IMG/VR virus record: IMGVR_UViG_2922055605_000002
Coordinates: 7,455-71,454 of that record
Source of the DNA: a virus
DNA: 64,000 nt
Direction: 5' to 3' (one strand)
The notes under the pieces are model-generated. The model searched no databases. It had not been told where the DNA came from and saw only the letters and a list, made by a program, of their open reading frames with translations. Position 1 is the first letter of the stretch; the number at the start of each line of letters is the position of its first letter. A program made the translations under genes and the position numbers. Of the stretch, positions 19,375 to 28,693 are shown piece after piece.

Positions 19375-20592
19375 TTAGCGGCCGACGGCGCTGACAGCTG
19401 TATCCAGCACCATGCAGCCGTGGTCCTGAATGTTGCCGTTGCGCTGCTTGAAGCGGATCTTCTGCAGACCGGACACCCAGTTGATGGACATCTCAGTCGC
19501 ATTACCGTGGTCGGTTTTCTCTTCGTGCATGCCGAAGGAGCCGCCTTGCTCGCCGGAGCCGAAGGCGTTGGCCAGCGCCTGGCCGCCCAGCAGCACTGCG
19601 CGGTCGATCAGGGTGCTGGCAACCTTGTCCACTTCCGCACCGGTAGTGGAGTTAGTTGCGCAAACCCGGACGGTGCTGCCCTGGTTGAAGCGGATCGGCA
19701 TGCCCTTGTATTGCTTGACCAGAATTCCCCGCCACATGGCGCCTTCCCCGCGGAAGATGGGATGGTTCCAGCCTTTGGCCCGTTCTGCCACCGCGGCCAG
19801 CATGGCATTCCAGTCTTTACCGGAGCTGGAGGTGTAGAAGTCATGCCATTGACGGGGGGTGACGTAGAGCACATAGAGCGGCTCACCACCGGACGGGTCG
19901 GCCACCATGCGGATCGGCTGAATGGGGTTGGCCATCTCGGACAAATAGAGCGCCATGTTGTCCACGCAGCCGAGGTTGAAGCGATCCGCCGCGTCGATGG
20001 CTTCGAAGGTAGTCGCGTCACCACCGAAGAAGTGGCGCTCGTAGGTCGGCGCGGTCAGCGGGTTGATCATGATGTCGGCAAACTCAGCATCGTCTGCCAG
20101 CGGCAGAATGATATCGGTGGCCGCATAGTCGCCGCGTGCGCCGGCCAATTGAGCAAAGCCGCGCTGGTCAACCAAACGGCCGTAGTAGCCATCCGCCAGC
20201 AGTACACGGGCGGTCTTGATGAGATCGTGCTTGGTGCGCTTCTGGCTCATCTTGCCGCCAGCATCCACGCCGTGGCGGGTCTGGTTGATCTTGAGCGAGA
20301 AGTCAGCGAAGGACATGCTTTCGAGGCGCCCGGTCAGCTTCTTGTCGCCCATGGTCGGGCGGCCAGACAGTTGGTGGAACAGCTGCATATCTACTTCGTC
20401 TCCCGCCCCTTTACCGAGATCGGTGATACGAACAACGGGGGCGCCAGCACTGGTCTGCTTGCCGCCGTTGACCTTCGCCCCCTTGGGAGCCTCTTCGGTC
20501 AGCATGTTCACCAGCGAGTGGGAACGGTTGGCGGACGTAAACAGTGCCGCCTGCAAAATCTTGTTGGCTTGCGCCGAGGTGACTTGGGTCAT
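19375..20592 (-). CDS. Major capsid protein (N4-gp56 family, 933W-like)
   Basis: 405 aa; MTQVTSAQANK..ALF..ANR and KQTSAGAPVVRITDL..AGDEV closely match the recalled 933W capsid sequence. Confidence 0.9.
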   Translation of the reverse strand: MTQVTSAQANKILQAALFTSANRSHSLVNMLTEEAPKGAKVNGGKQTSAGAPVVRITDLGKGAGDEVDMQLFHQLSGRPTMGDKKLTGRLESMSFADFSLKINQTRHGVDAGGKMSQKRTKHDLIKTARVLLADGYYGRLVDQRGFAQLAGARGDYAATDIILPLADDAEFADIMINPLTAPTYERHFFGGDATTFEAIDAADRFNLGCVDNMALYLSEMANPIQPIRMVADPSGGEPLYVLYVTPRQWHDFYTSSSGKDWNAMLAAVAERAKGWNHPIFRGEGAMWRGILVKQYKGMPIRFNQGSTVRVCATNSTTGAEVDKVASTLIDRAVLLGGQALANAFGSGEQGGSFGMHEEKTDHGNATEMSINWVSGLQKIRFKQRNGNIQDHGCMVLDTAVSAVGR

Positions 20593-20663
20593 GGTCCTCT
20601 CCTACATGAAAACAAAAACCCCGACACAGTGGTCGGGGTTGGCTTGTATAGATGGGTTTTGGG

Positions 20664-21587
20664 TTAAAGCCCGGACTGTTCCAGCAGGGCGTCAATCTGG
20701 GCGTCGGTCATGCTGCCGAACTCCCCGACCAGCTCGGTCTGGGACATGGCGCTATAACGCTCAACACCGGTAGCTGGCGCGTGATGGGTTTGGCCGAGAA
20801 CCGAAGGGCTGGACGGGATAAAGTCAGCGGGCTTCTCTGCTTCCTTGCTGGGTGCCTTGGCTGGCGATGGAGCAGTGTCCACAGCATCGCCAAAGGCCAG
20901 CTTGGTGCGACGAGCAGCCTCTGCGAATCGCTCGTCCAGTGACTTGCCTTGCCACGCGGGATCAGCCTGGAGCTTCTCATCGACGATGATGGCGAAGTCG
21001 AAACGGTCCTGGTCCTTTTCCCGCCAGCTCACCAGATCAGGTACCGCCTGCAGTGCGGCCTGTACCGGGTTGATAGCGGGTTGGGCGGGCTGCTCCAACT
21101 TCTGCAACTTGCGGGCGATGGCCGCCAGCGGTTTGCCAAGGTCGGGGTAGTCCTGGGCCAGTTCCTCAATAGCAGCGACATCGATGCTATCGGGATCGCT
21201 GGTGTCCAGCTCAATGCCGTTCTGCTCTAACACGGCGGCCAGCTTGTCCCGTTCGGCTTGGGCCTGCTGCGACTGAGCCAGCTGCTCACGCAGTTGCTTG
21301 GCTTCATTGCGTGCCTGCTCCAGCACTTCATACGGGATGGTGTGTTGACCGCTCTTGGCCAGGATCACCTTCTCAGGCTCCGTGGCCCCTTCACCGCCCT
21401 GCTCGGTGTTGGCTTGTTCGTTACCGGCTGCCACCTCACCCGCCGACGGCGCGGGATCTACGTCCGTTTGCTCGGTAGCAGTGCCATCATCCAGCTCGGC
21501 ATCGGGCTCACGCTCGATCGCCTCCAGCATGGCTTCCAGTTCGTCCAGGCTCTCAGTGCCGGTCAGGTTGTCGATGTTCTTATCCAT
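20664..21587 (-). CDS. Capsid scaffolding protein
   Basis: 307 aa, acidic N-terminus, coiled coil, between portal and capsid. Confidence 0.8.
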   Translation of the reverse strand: MDKNIDNLTGTESLDELEAMLEAIEREPDAELDDGTATEQTDVDPAPSAGEVAAGNEQANTEQGGEGATEPEKVILAKSGQHTIPYEVLEQARNEAKQLREQLAQSQQAQAERDKLAAVLEQNGIELDTSDPDSIDVAAIEELAQDYPDLGKPLAAIARKLQKLEQPAQPAINPVQAALQAVPDLVSWREKDQDRFDFAIIVDEKLQADPAWQGKSLDERFAEAARRTKLAFGDAVDTAPSPAKAPSKEAEKPADFIPSSPSVLGQTHHAPATGVERYSAMSQTELVGEFGSMTDAQIDALLEQSGL

Positions 21588-21677
21588 GGTTGTCCTCGTG
21601 GGTTTTCAGTGGGTGGTATCGCTGCCCAAGCGGGGGAAGGCTCTCGGTGAAAGCGCTCCCCAGCTGGGGCTGGGCAC

Positions 21678-21730
21678 AAAAAAACCAGCTCGAAGCTGGT
21701 CCATAAAAAAAGCCCGCGTGGGGGGGGCTT
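21678..21730 (-). terminator. Two tandem intrinsic terminators before the scaffold gene
   Basis: AAGCCCCCCCCACGCGGGCTTTTTTT and ACCAGCTTCGAGCTGGTTTTTTT on the minus strand. Confidence 0.7.
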
Positions 21731-21811
21731 AAAACAAGTACGGGAGTCATAAGACTCATCGCAAATCATACGCAAAGAGAGTCCGTTACGCTACTGACTG
21801 TCAACTCAATC

Positions 21812-21884
21812 AAAGAAAAAGGCCCAATCTCGAGAGACTGGGCCATGTTGGGGAAATCGTAACGCTGGCAGGTCAGGAAAGCAA
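21812..21884 (-). promoter_or_regulatory. Late promoter-terminator module 3
   Basis: TTGCTT(21884-21879)-N17-TACGAT(21861-21856) with CCAGCGT before the -10, then GGCCCAGTCTCTCGAGATTGGGCC plus TTTTTCTTT. Confidence 0.75.
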
Positions 21885-21887
21885 CTA

Positions 21888-24014
21888 TCAGAGCGCGATC
21901 GCGTCTATCTGCTGCTGAATGGTGCCGAGAAGCTGGGCCTGTATGGCCGCCTGCTCGCCCTGGATGGTCTGCTGCTCCGCCGCCAGCCGTTCCATCTCCT
22001 GCAACGTCTTGCCGGTCTGGGCCTGCTTGAGGGCATCCTCGAACCGGATAGAGTCGGTCAGCTTGGCGATGCGTTGAGCCTCCGCTTGCCACTTGGCGGC
22101 CTTGCCCTCCAACTCGGCCAACTTGGCCTGCATCTCGCGCATGGCCAGCTCCTGCTCCATCTGTTGCCGTTGAGCCTGCTGTTCGGCGGCGGCACGCTCC
22201 TCGTCGGTCATCTCCTCTGGGTCCTTCTGGATGTTCAAGGCATTGCGGATCCGCTCCACGAACTCAGCCTTGCGTGGCACATCCATCAACTCAACCAGCA
22301 GGTCAAAGCAGGCACCGGCGGCCTCTGGCGGTAGTTGCGACATAGCCTGAGTCATCCGCTCGGCCAGTTGCTGCTTGTAGGCGGCGGTCTGCTGGATCGG
22401 CGCCAGGGCGATGTGGGCGCGCAGGCGGGTCACGTCATTGGTGAGCTTTCCATCCTCCTGCTCCACGTTGATGACAACGGCCTTGCGGCGGCGTGGGTCA
22501 TCGCGGTTCACCGTCACCTTGTGGTTGCGCTTGCTGGCCATGTCCTCAAGCAGATACGAGAGCGCCAGCTGGCCTACCTGCTGGCAGCCCATCCGGTAGT
22601 TGTCGTTAATCTCAGAGAGTGTGGTGGCCCCCTGCTCTACCAGGTTGCTGATGGCCACACCAGATTGACCGGTGGATCCCTGCCCCAAGAAGGCGGCGTA
22701 AACCCCCATGGTGTCCTGGATGAGTTTCACAGAGTCCTGCATCACCTGGAACTGCTGGGCGGCAACGTTGAAATCCTGCTCCACCTTGAAGGCATCACTC
22801 ACGCTGGTCTTGTTCGCCCGGTCTGGGTTGAGCTCGATATAGCCATCGGGGCGCTCCACCTGTTCCAGCACCTGATCCCGACTCATGTTGGTGGCATCCT
22901 TGTCCATGATGACGCGCTTGGCCTGCAGCAGGAAGGTGAGCTTGATGCGGCGCAGGTTCACTTCGTCCTGTGCTGGCATCGCGCGGGCAATCAGGCCATA
23001 GGGCTCGCCGGAGCGGTCCTTGCGGTATCCCCAGAACGGGACAAGCGGATACATGTTGTGGGGCGCCGAGCAGGGGCGGTCCACCAGATGATGGGGACCA
23101 ACAAACCAAGACTCCCGGATCGAGGCCACCGGGCAGCGCTCAAGCTTGGCACGGCCCATGGCTACTGCAGCCAGGTGCAGTTGATTGGTCTTGTCATACT
23201 CCAGCGCACGGCCAGAGTCGAGCATCAGCACCTGGCGCATGGTGTAGGTGCGGTAGTAGACCACCTGCAGCAACACCCGATCCCGCTCGCGGCTACACCA
23301 CTCGATCTCCTTGCCGCTAAACTGGCTCCACTCGTCATAGGCGCTGACCAGGCTGGGATCCATCCCCTCGATGGCGGTCAGGCTTACCATCCCCTCCCAG
23401 TCGTTGACGCCCCACTGCAGCGCCTGTGCCTTGCTCGGGAACATGGTCTTGGCCTCATCCAGATCGACCCAGCGGCGGCGCATCACCCATCGACAGTCGC
23501 TCAGGTCTGGCTCCCTGCTGTGCCAGTCCCAATAGACCTCGTCGCGATGGACGTTGCTGAACTTGTAGCGCGGGCCGAACGGGTCATCGCGGCGGCATAC
23601 CTCAACCCAGCCCACACCGGTTTTGATCTGGCCGCCATAAGCCTCGCCCCGGGCGCGGTCCAGTCCGCCCAAGCGGCACATGTCGGCGTATTCAGCATTG
23701 ACGGCCTCGGCCAGCTGCTCAAGCTCGTCGTCGTGGTCATCGGCGATCACCATCAGGTCGGTACGGCTCTTGGCCTCCATCCCCAGCACGCCGTCGATAG
23801 TCGGGGCGATGAGATTATGGATAGTGATGGGCTGCCCGCGCTCATCGAGAGCCTTTTTCACCTCAGGTGGTAGCTGGTCGTTGTCGTAGTAAGCGCAAGC
23901 TCGATTGGCAAGGCTTCGCCAGTCAGGCTGGCCGTTGATATCGCTCATCAGTTTGAGCAGGCGTGAGGTATCGAGGCCGCCTTTCTCAGGGGCCTTGGGT
24001 TGGGCGTTGATCAT
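21888..24014 (-). CDS. Portal protein (podoviral, long C-terminal barrel)
   Basis: 708 aa after the terminase; IAPTIDGVLGMEAK and a Q-rich C-terminal coiled coil. Confidence 0.9.
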   Translation of the reverse strand: MINAQPKAPEKGGLDTSRLLKLMSDINGQPDWRSLANRACAYYDNDQLPPEVKKALDERGQPITIHNLIAPTIDGVLGMEAKSRTDLMVIADDHDDELEQLAEAVNAEYADMCRLGGLDRARGEAYGGQIKTGVGWVEVCRRDDPFGPRYKFSNVHRDEVYWDWHSREPDLSDCRWVMRRRWVDLDEAKTMFPSKAQALQWGVNDWEGMVSLTAIEGMDPSLVSAYDEWSQFSGKEIEWCSRERDRVLLQVVYYRTYTMRQVLMLDSGRALEYDKTNQLHLAAVAMGRAKLERCPVASIRESWFVGPHHLVDRPCSAPHNMYPLVPFWGYRKDRSGEPYGLIARAMPAQDEVNLRRIKLTFLLQAKRVIMDKDATNMSRDQVLEQVERPDGYIELNPDRANKTSVSDAFKVEQDFNVAAQQFQVMQDSVKLIQDTMGVYAAFLGQGSTGQSGVAISNLVEQGATTLSEINDNYRMGCQQVGQLALSYLLEDMASKRNHKVTVNRDDPRRRKAVVINVEQEDGKLTNDVTRLRAHIALAPIQQTAAYKQQLAERMTQAMSQLPPEAAGACFDLLVELMDVPRKAEFVERIRNALNIQKDPEEMTDEERAAAEQQAQRQQMEQELAMREMQAKLAELEGKAAKWQAEAQRIAKLTDSIRFEDALKQAQTGKTLQEMERLAAEQQTIQGEQAAIQAQLLGTIQQQIDAIAL

Positions 24015-25711
24015 CAGTTGGCCATCCAGTGCTTAGGTTTACGGGTGGTTTCGGATTTAACGATGCGGGCAGGCATGCGGGCTCGCATCTCTTGGGCGAT
24101 CATGTAGCTCATCAACTGGTCGTCGTAACAACCGGTCTGGGCGTTCATGCTGCCGCTTTTGTCGTAGACGTAGGTGGTTGCTTCGTGAATTGTGCCTATC
24201 CAGCGGATCCCGGACTGGCCGGCACGCATCAGGTCTTTGAGGCCATCAACCACGATCGGCTTGGATTGCCGGGTAGTGAGCCAGCCAAGGCGCGGCGTCT
24301 CGTCGTCTCGGTCCCGGTCGATGTATTCCTGGGCATAGATGCGGCGCACTGGGTAGTGATCCCGCAGGGCCAGCAGCACGGCATGGCCGTGGTTATTTCG
24401 CTCTGGGCCAATGAAGGCTGGGCCATGCTCGGCGGTGCCGTACCACTTGCCCACATGGGCCAGCAGCTGGGCAAACAGCCCGGGATCCAGGTGCCCAAAC
24501 CAATGGGCCACCTGCCGTCCATCGCTCTTGGCCACCACATCAAAGGATGAACGGTCACCATGTTCCAGCCCCTCAGCCACGTCAGCGCCGACAGCATAAT
24601 CCTCATCGGGGTCAGGTAGCTCCCAGACCAGCAGCATGTTCTCGAGCGAGCGTTGCCCCCGCTCGTCCAACTGCTCTGGCTTGCGAGCCTTCTCGCGCCT
24701 GCCGGTGACCGGGTCAATGTCATAGACGATGAGCGGGGCCATGCAATCGCCCTCTGCCTCCATCGTAACGATGGGGTCAAATACCCTACGCCCAGAGGTC
24801 AGGAAGGCCTCCAGCGGCGTGCTGGGGAACTCCTGCTTCATCTCTGCGCCCTGGTTAGCCTCCTTGAGTACGTACCACTGGCGCTGCTCGTCGGTGATGG
24901 TGCAACCCATCGCCTTCTCGACGGCGGCGAAATACTCGGCCTGGGTCTTGCTCATCACCACGCCTGATGCGGGAACGTCGGCGCGATACTTGGGGTCTTG
25001 CCACCAGGCGAAGAAGTGGAACTTCCAGTCGAGCGGGCTCAGCTCTCCTGAGGCTCGCGCCAGCTCCAGAGACTTCATGCTCATGCTGTGGAAGTCGCCG
25101 CCCACCCCTTCTGCCGTGCTCTCGATAAAGCCGATCGCCCCAGGGTGAATGGCGTTGAGGGTACCGGTGCGCACCTCTTTGGCCTTCTCCGGGTACTTGG
25201 CGCAAATCTTCCCGTGCTCGGATACGTGCAGGCGCTGGACGGTACCGGAGCGAAAGGAGGTGGCCACCTGGATGCTGGAGCCGTGCCGGAACAGGATATG
25301 GCCGCCATTCGCCCCGCCGCGCCGGGTCACCACCTTGAACTGGGCCTTGAGCCAGCCGGGCAGGTTATCGAACGGCACTTCAATCTTGGTGCGGTATATC
25401 TCGCCGGCCGCCGTCAAATCCTGGGCGATGATCCCGCACTTGAGGTTGTTGTTGAACAGCGCCTCGTCCAGCAGGTAGATATCAATGGCCGTGGAGAACC
25501 CGAGCTGGCGCGCCTTGAGGATGATGTTCAGATACCACATGGTCCGGAACAGCAGCTCCTGCGCCGGGCGCAGCCGGAAGCGCACCAGCTTGCCCTGCTC
25601 GTTCTCGATCATGTAGAGGTTGTTCATCCTCCACCACTTATCGCTGAGTTTCGAGCGGATGTAGGCAACCTGCTCCTGCTCAGTCATGGCGGAGATATTG
25701 GGTTCAGTCAT
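24014..25711 (-). CDS. terL: Terminase large subunit
   Basis: 565 aa; ILKARQLGFST Walker A, LHVSE Walker B, IESTAEG, and C-terminal nuclease (GADVAEG, YDD). Confidence 0.95.
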   Translation of the reverse strand: MTEPNISAMTEQEQVAYIRSKLSDKWWRMNNLYMIENEQGKLVRFRLRPAQELLFRTMWYLNIILKARQLGFSTAIDIYLLDEALFNNNLKCGIIAQDLTAAGEIYRTKIEVPFDNLPGWLKAQFKVVTRRGGANGGHILFRHGSSIQVATSFRSGTVQRLHVSEHGKICAKYPEKAKEVRTGTLNAIHPGAIGFIESTAEGVGGDFHSMSMKSLELARASGELSPLDWKFHFFAWWQDPKYRADVPASGVVMSKTQAEYFAAVEKAMGCTITDEQRQWYVLKEANQGAEMKQEFPSTPLEAFLTSGRRVFDPIVTMEAEGDCMAPLIVYDIDPVTGRREKARKPEQLDERGQRSLENMLLVWELPDPDEDYAVGADVAEGLEHGDRSSFDVVAKSDGRQVAHWFGHLDPGLFAQLLAHVGKWYGTAEHGPAFIGPERNNHGHAVLLALRDHYPVRRIYAQEYIDRDRDDETPRLGWLTTRQSKPIVVDGLKDLMRAGQSGIRWIGTIHEATTYVYDKSGSMNAQTGCYDDQLMSYMIAQEMRARMPARIVKSETTRKPKHWMAN

Positions 25712-26598
25712 GACATCAGCCCGCCAGTCCCCATCCCCTGCAGCTCTGTGACCATCTCACTGACAGGCGTAGACTCACTGCCACCATCCTTCTCCAGCCT
25801 GTCGGCTTCGGCGGTCAGTTTGCGGGTTGCAGCCTTGATGCGCTTGGTGTCAGCCTCAATCTTCGGCCCTGTAACCTCATCAATCCGCAGGGCGCTCAGC
25901 GTTCGCTCGATGGACTCGATACGCTGGATGTTGCGGTCGAGAGCCTGCTCAGCCCGCAAGATCTTGTCATAGAGCGCGATCCGGTCGGTTACCTCTTTTG
26001 CCTCAACCAGATCTTGCTGTAGGGACTTCATGGTTTTGGTGACAGAGATAACGCGAGCCCGGGTGAACACCAGCTCATCCGTCAGCCGCAACTCCTCGGC
26101 ATGGTCGAACAGCTCATCGGCCTCGAGGAACTGAGCGTAACCGCCATGGGTCAATGCAGGCCGGTCGCCTGGTTGCCACTTATTCGGCGGGTTCTGGTTG
26201 CCTTGGTTGCCTACGGACTCCCGATTTCCCTTGTCAAAGCGCCCATCTGGCTGGCGCCCCGAGTTGGTTTTCGAGTTCTGGTCCAGGCTGGCCGGGGTAT
26301 GTGTCGATGCAGATGACATCTCCACTCTCCTCTCACCCCCTTTGCCCTTGGCTTCATTCCTCTTGGCTTGCGCACTTTGCGCAGATTGCGCAGTTTTGCG
26401 CACTTCGGGATGCGCAGTTTGCGCAGCTACGCGAGATTTATCGGGTTGCGCAGGGGATTGCCCCCGAGATTTCAAATAGCGACGCGCCGAGTTGTAGTTA
26501 AGGCCGCGGCTATCGCACCAGTCTTTCGCACTGATGCCGGTCGCTTCATGCTCCTGCTGGAATTCTGCATTGAGCTCTGCCCAGTCGGTCTTTGCCAT
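25708..26598 (-). CDS. terS: Terminase small subunit
   Basis: 296 aa; N-terminal HTH-like MAKTDWAEL, ALTHGGY motif; overlaps terL. Confidence 0.85.
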   Translation of the reverse strand: MAKTDWAELNAEFQQEHEATGISAKDWCDSRGLNYNSARRYLKSRGQSPAQPDKSRVAAQTAHPEVRKTAQSAQSAQAKRNEAKGKGGERRVEMSSASTHTPASLDQNSKTNSGRQPDGRFDKGNRESVGNQGNQNPPNKWQPGDRPALTHGGYAQFLEADELFDHAEELRLTDELVFTRARVISVTKTMKSLQQDLVEAKEVTDRIALYDKILRAEQALDRNIQRIESIERTLSALRIDEVTGPKIEADTKRIKAATRKLTAEADRLEKDGGSESTPVSEMVTELQGMGTGGLMS

Positions 26599-26832
26599 TT
26601 AGAGAGATAGCTCGCCTTCAACGATGGTGTCACCAAGTACAGGCTCATGGGTTGCCGGTACCACTACGGAAACGCCGGTATTGAGAACAACCGAGGCATG
26701 ACTGCCGTCATACTCCTCGATATGAGTGATAACCCCGGTCACGGTAACGCCATTAACCACCGCATCGCTCCAGTGCATCGAGATAGTCCAGTAAGTCGGC
26801 TGTAGATCCCCCAGAAAGACAAACCCCGCCAT
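26599..26832 (-). CDS. Hypothetical phage protein
   Basis: 77 aa ORF abutting both neighbours. Confidence 0.5.
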   Translation of the reverse strand: MAGFVFLGDLQPTYWTISMHWSDAVVNGVTVTGVITHIEEYDGSHASVVLNTGVSVVVPATHEPVLGDTIVEGELSL

Positions 26833-26971
26833 TAGCGGCGGGGTTCCATGTCAGCCTGGGTGTGGGTGGCGGGCAGTTCGCTGTTTGGCTTGGAGCTGTC
26901 TGGCAACTGACCAGAAGCAGCACCGAAACGCTCAGCAAAACGCCCCTGTGGGTCCGCATGATTCTTGTCAT
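26753..26971 (-). CDS. o-spanin (Rz1-like lipoprotein)
   Basis: Lipobox LLLVSC, Pro-rich; overlaps the Rz-like gene out of frame. Confidence 0.75.
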   Translation of the reverse strand: MTRIMRTHRGVLLSVSVLLLVSCQTAPSQTANCPPPTPRLTWNPAANGGVCLSGGSTADLLDYLDALERCGG

Positions 26972-27062
26972 GGCTTTCCTGCACCTCCCTTGCCCTCTCC
27001 CGCTTAAGCCAACGGCCCAGAAGGGCCGTTAGAATGTCGAGCAGTTGGAGCAAGCTGTTCAT
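26832..27062 (-). CDS. i-spanin (Rz-like)
   Basis: 76 aa; N-terminal hydrophobic helix followed by a charged region; position after the endolysin. Confidence 0.65.
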   Translation of the reverse strand: MNSLLQLLDILTALLGRWLKRERAREVQESHDKNHADPQGRFAERFGAASGQLPDSSKPNSELPATHTQADMEPRR

Positions 27063-27063
27063 G

Positions 27064-27288
27064 TTATTGCTTCCTGGCTTTCTCAGCCGGCAGGTTCATA
27101 GCCAGCTTATCCAGCACCTTGGTCAGGCCAACCAAGAAGGCCTGCACCTTCCCGATCACCTCATCGTCCCGGGTGGACGGGGTGACGGCCGCGATCTTAG
27201 CCAGCCCCTGCACCACCATGGACGCGCCGCCCACTACAGCCATCAGGATGACAATCCAGTTGATGACCACCTCAACGATGTGTTCCAT
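27064..27288 (-). CDS. Small membrane protein of the lysis cassette
   Basis: 74 aa, hydrophobic N-terminal helix, TPSTRDD motif. Confidence 0.65.
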   Translation of the reverse strand: MEHIVEVVINWIVILMAVVGGASMVVQGLAKIAAVTPSTRDDEVIGKVQAFLVGLTKVLDKLAMNLPAEKARKQ

Positions 27289-27341
27289 CGCACTCTCCTC
27301 TGCTGTTACCGGTTACCCGGCGATATTGGCAAGGCTTGCGC

Positions 27342-27821
27342 CTATGCCTCGGACTTCGAGAACTCTGCCGCAGCCATCACAGGCAATTCCCCCACAGGCT
27401 TCGGCTCACCGGCGGGCCAGCGGTATGCGGTTACCCGTGAGCGAGGGAACGCCTTCACGTTCACCGCGTCAGCTTGGTTGCCGCCCAATACCAGCAGATT
27501 GCCAGCCTTGTCCTGCCCCACTACGAACCCAACGTGTCCGCCACCATCCCGGGAGAACACCACTACGCAGCCTGCCACCGGCTTTTCCAGCTTCTCCCCC
27601 CAGGAGGCATAGGAACGCGCACCCTCGAACCGGGTGGACTGAATACCGACCCGCTCTAGGCACGCTCCAACAAAGGCGGCACACCACGGGGTTTCATCAT
27701 CACGGATGCCACCCCGCTTGATGGCCTTCCACATCGCCACGATCTCGGGGTTGTGTTGGGGCCCCTTGATTTCAGTAAGCCCGATATGTCGGCGGGCCTC
27801 TTCTACCCAACGCAGTGCCAT
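27342..27821 (-). CDS. Endolysin (TIGR02594-type NlpC/CHAP peptidase)
   Basis: Start MALRWVEEARRHIG at 27821 (TAATG overlap); DETPWCAAFV and GGHVGFV catalytic Cys/His. Confidence 0.9.
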   Translation of the reverse strand: MALRWVEEARRHIGLTEIKGPQHNPEIVAMWKAIKRGGIRDDETPWCAAFVGACLERVGIQSTRFEGARSYASWGEKLEKPVAGCVVVFSRDGGGHVGFVVGQDKAGNLLVLGGNQADAVNVKAFPRSRVTAYRWPAGEPKPVGELPVMAAAEFSKSEA

Positions 27822-28138
27822 TACCCTTTCCCCCCACTCATCCAGCCGGTTGCCCGGCGCTCGTACAACTCCAGAGCTTTCGACCCCATCAGACCAGCCA
27901 GACCGGCCATAAAGCCGCACAGCGGCAACGGAGCCGCGATATACCAGCTCAGCAGCATGGTCAGCATCCCGGCGAATCCTGATACCACCACTTGCAGCAG
28001 TGCCTCAGCCCACCGGAACTGCCTCCCCTCGCGTTTAACTGTCTGTATGTAGGTCACAAGCCCTCCCCATACGCTCAGCCCGCCGAATGCCAGATAGGCG
28101 AGCACGCTGTAGTTCTGTGGATCCTTATCAGGCGTCAT
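27821..28138 (-). CDS. Holin
   Basis: Probable start MTPDKDP at 28138 (105 aa); three hydrophobic segments; first gene of the lysis cassette. Confidence 0.85.
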   Translation of the reverse strand: MTPDKDPQNYSVLAYLAFGGLSVWGGLVTYIQTVKREGRQFRWAEALLQVVVSGFAGMLTMLLSWYIAAPLPLCGFMAGLAGLMGSKALELYERRATGWMSGGKG

Positions 28139-28152
28139 CGCCCCTCCAGAAA

Positions 28153-28254
28153 CGACAAAGCCCGCACGAGGCGGGCCAGAAATGAAAAAGGCCAGGGTCA
28201 CGGAGACTCTGGCCATCTTTGGGCAATACTAACGCTGGTGCGGCGGGGATTCAA
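28153..28254 (-). promoter_or_regulatory. Late promoter-terminator module 4 (pR'-like, upstream of the holin)
   Basis: TTGAAT(28254-28249)-N17-TAGTAT(28231-28226) with CCAGCGT before the -10, followed by two hairpin plus U-tract terminators. Confidence 0.8.
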
Positions 28255-28261
28255 CCAGCCA

Positions 28262-28486
28262 TTAGCTGAGACCAGTAAGCTGAAGCATTCTCCCCATTGC
28301 CTCCATAGCTGCGGCTCTTTCCTCTGTATTGCCGTCCCTAGCCCTTTCAAGCAACTTTGTTACAAGCTGCGATTCATCGATAAGACCGCTTTCTCCTATA
28401 CCTTTCAGGGCTGCAGCCCTCACGGCTGAAGTTTTGTCATTAGCACCGAGAATCAATGCTTCTACCAGTTGATCTTTGTTCGTCAT
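28262..28486 (-). CDS. Small HEAT-repeat-like accessory protein
   Basis: 74 aa with two HEAT-like units (DKTSAVRAAALKGIG, DGNTEERAAAMEAMG); SD GAGG; low GC. Confidence 0.65.
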   Translation of the reverse strand: MTNKDQLVEALILGANDKTSAVRAAALKGIGESGLIDESQLVTKLLERARDGNTEERAAAMEAMGRMLQLTGLS

Positions 28487-28693
28487 TTGTCACCTCTTGA
28501 TTATTTCATCATCTGGCACTGTTCAACATGCTGCGAAGGGAGGGGTTGCATCTCCACCTAATAATTTTCCAGTGTACGCCACTCCTGATTTCACTTTTTC
28601 AGTCTGCATAGGTTGAATCCCCTCGGCCTATTTACCCCCATTTTTCTCTGTAATTATTTCTACGGGGAACAGCCAATTTAATTTACACACCAA

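Noticed and set aside
21709-21730. CCCCACGCGGGC resembling a type I-C CRISPR repeat (possible RNA anti-CRISPR)
   Set aside because: Only the GC hairpin matches, and it is followed by a U-tract, so it is an ordinary terminator. No array or cas genes are in the window.
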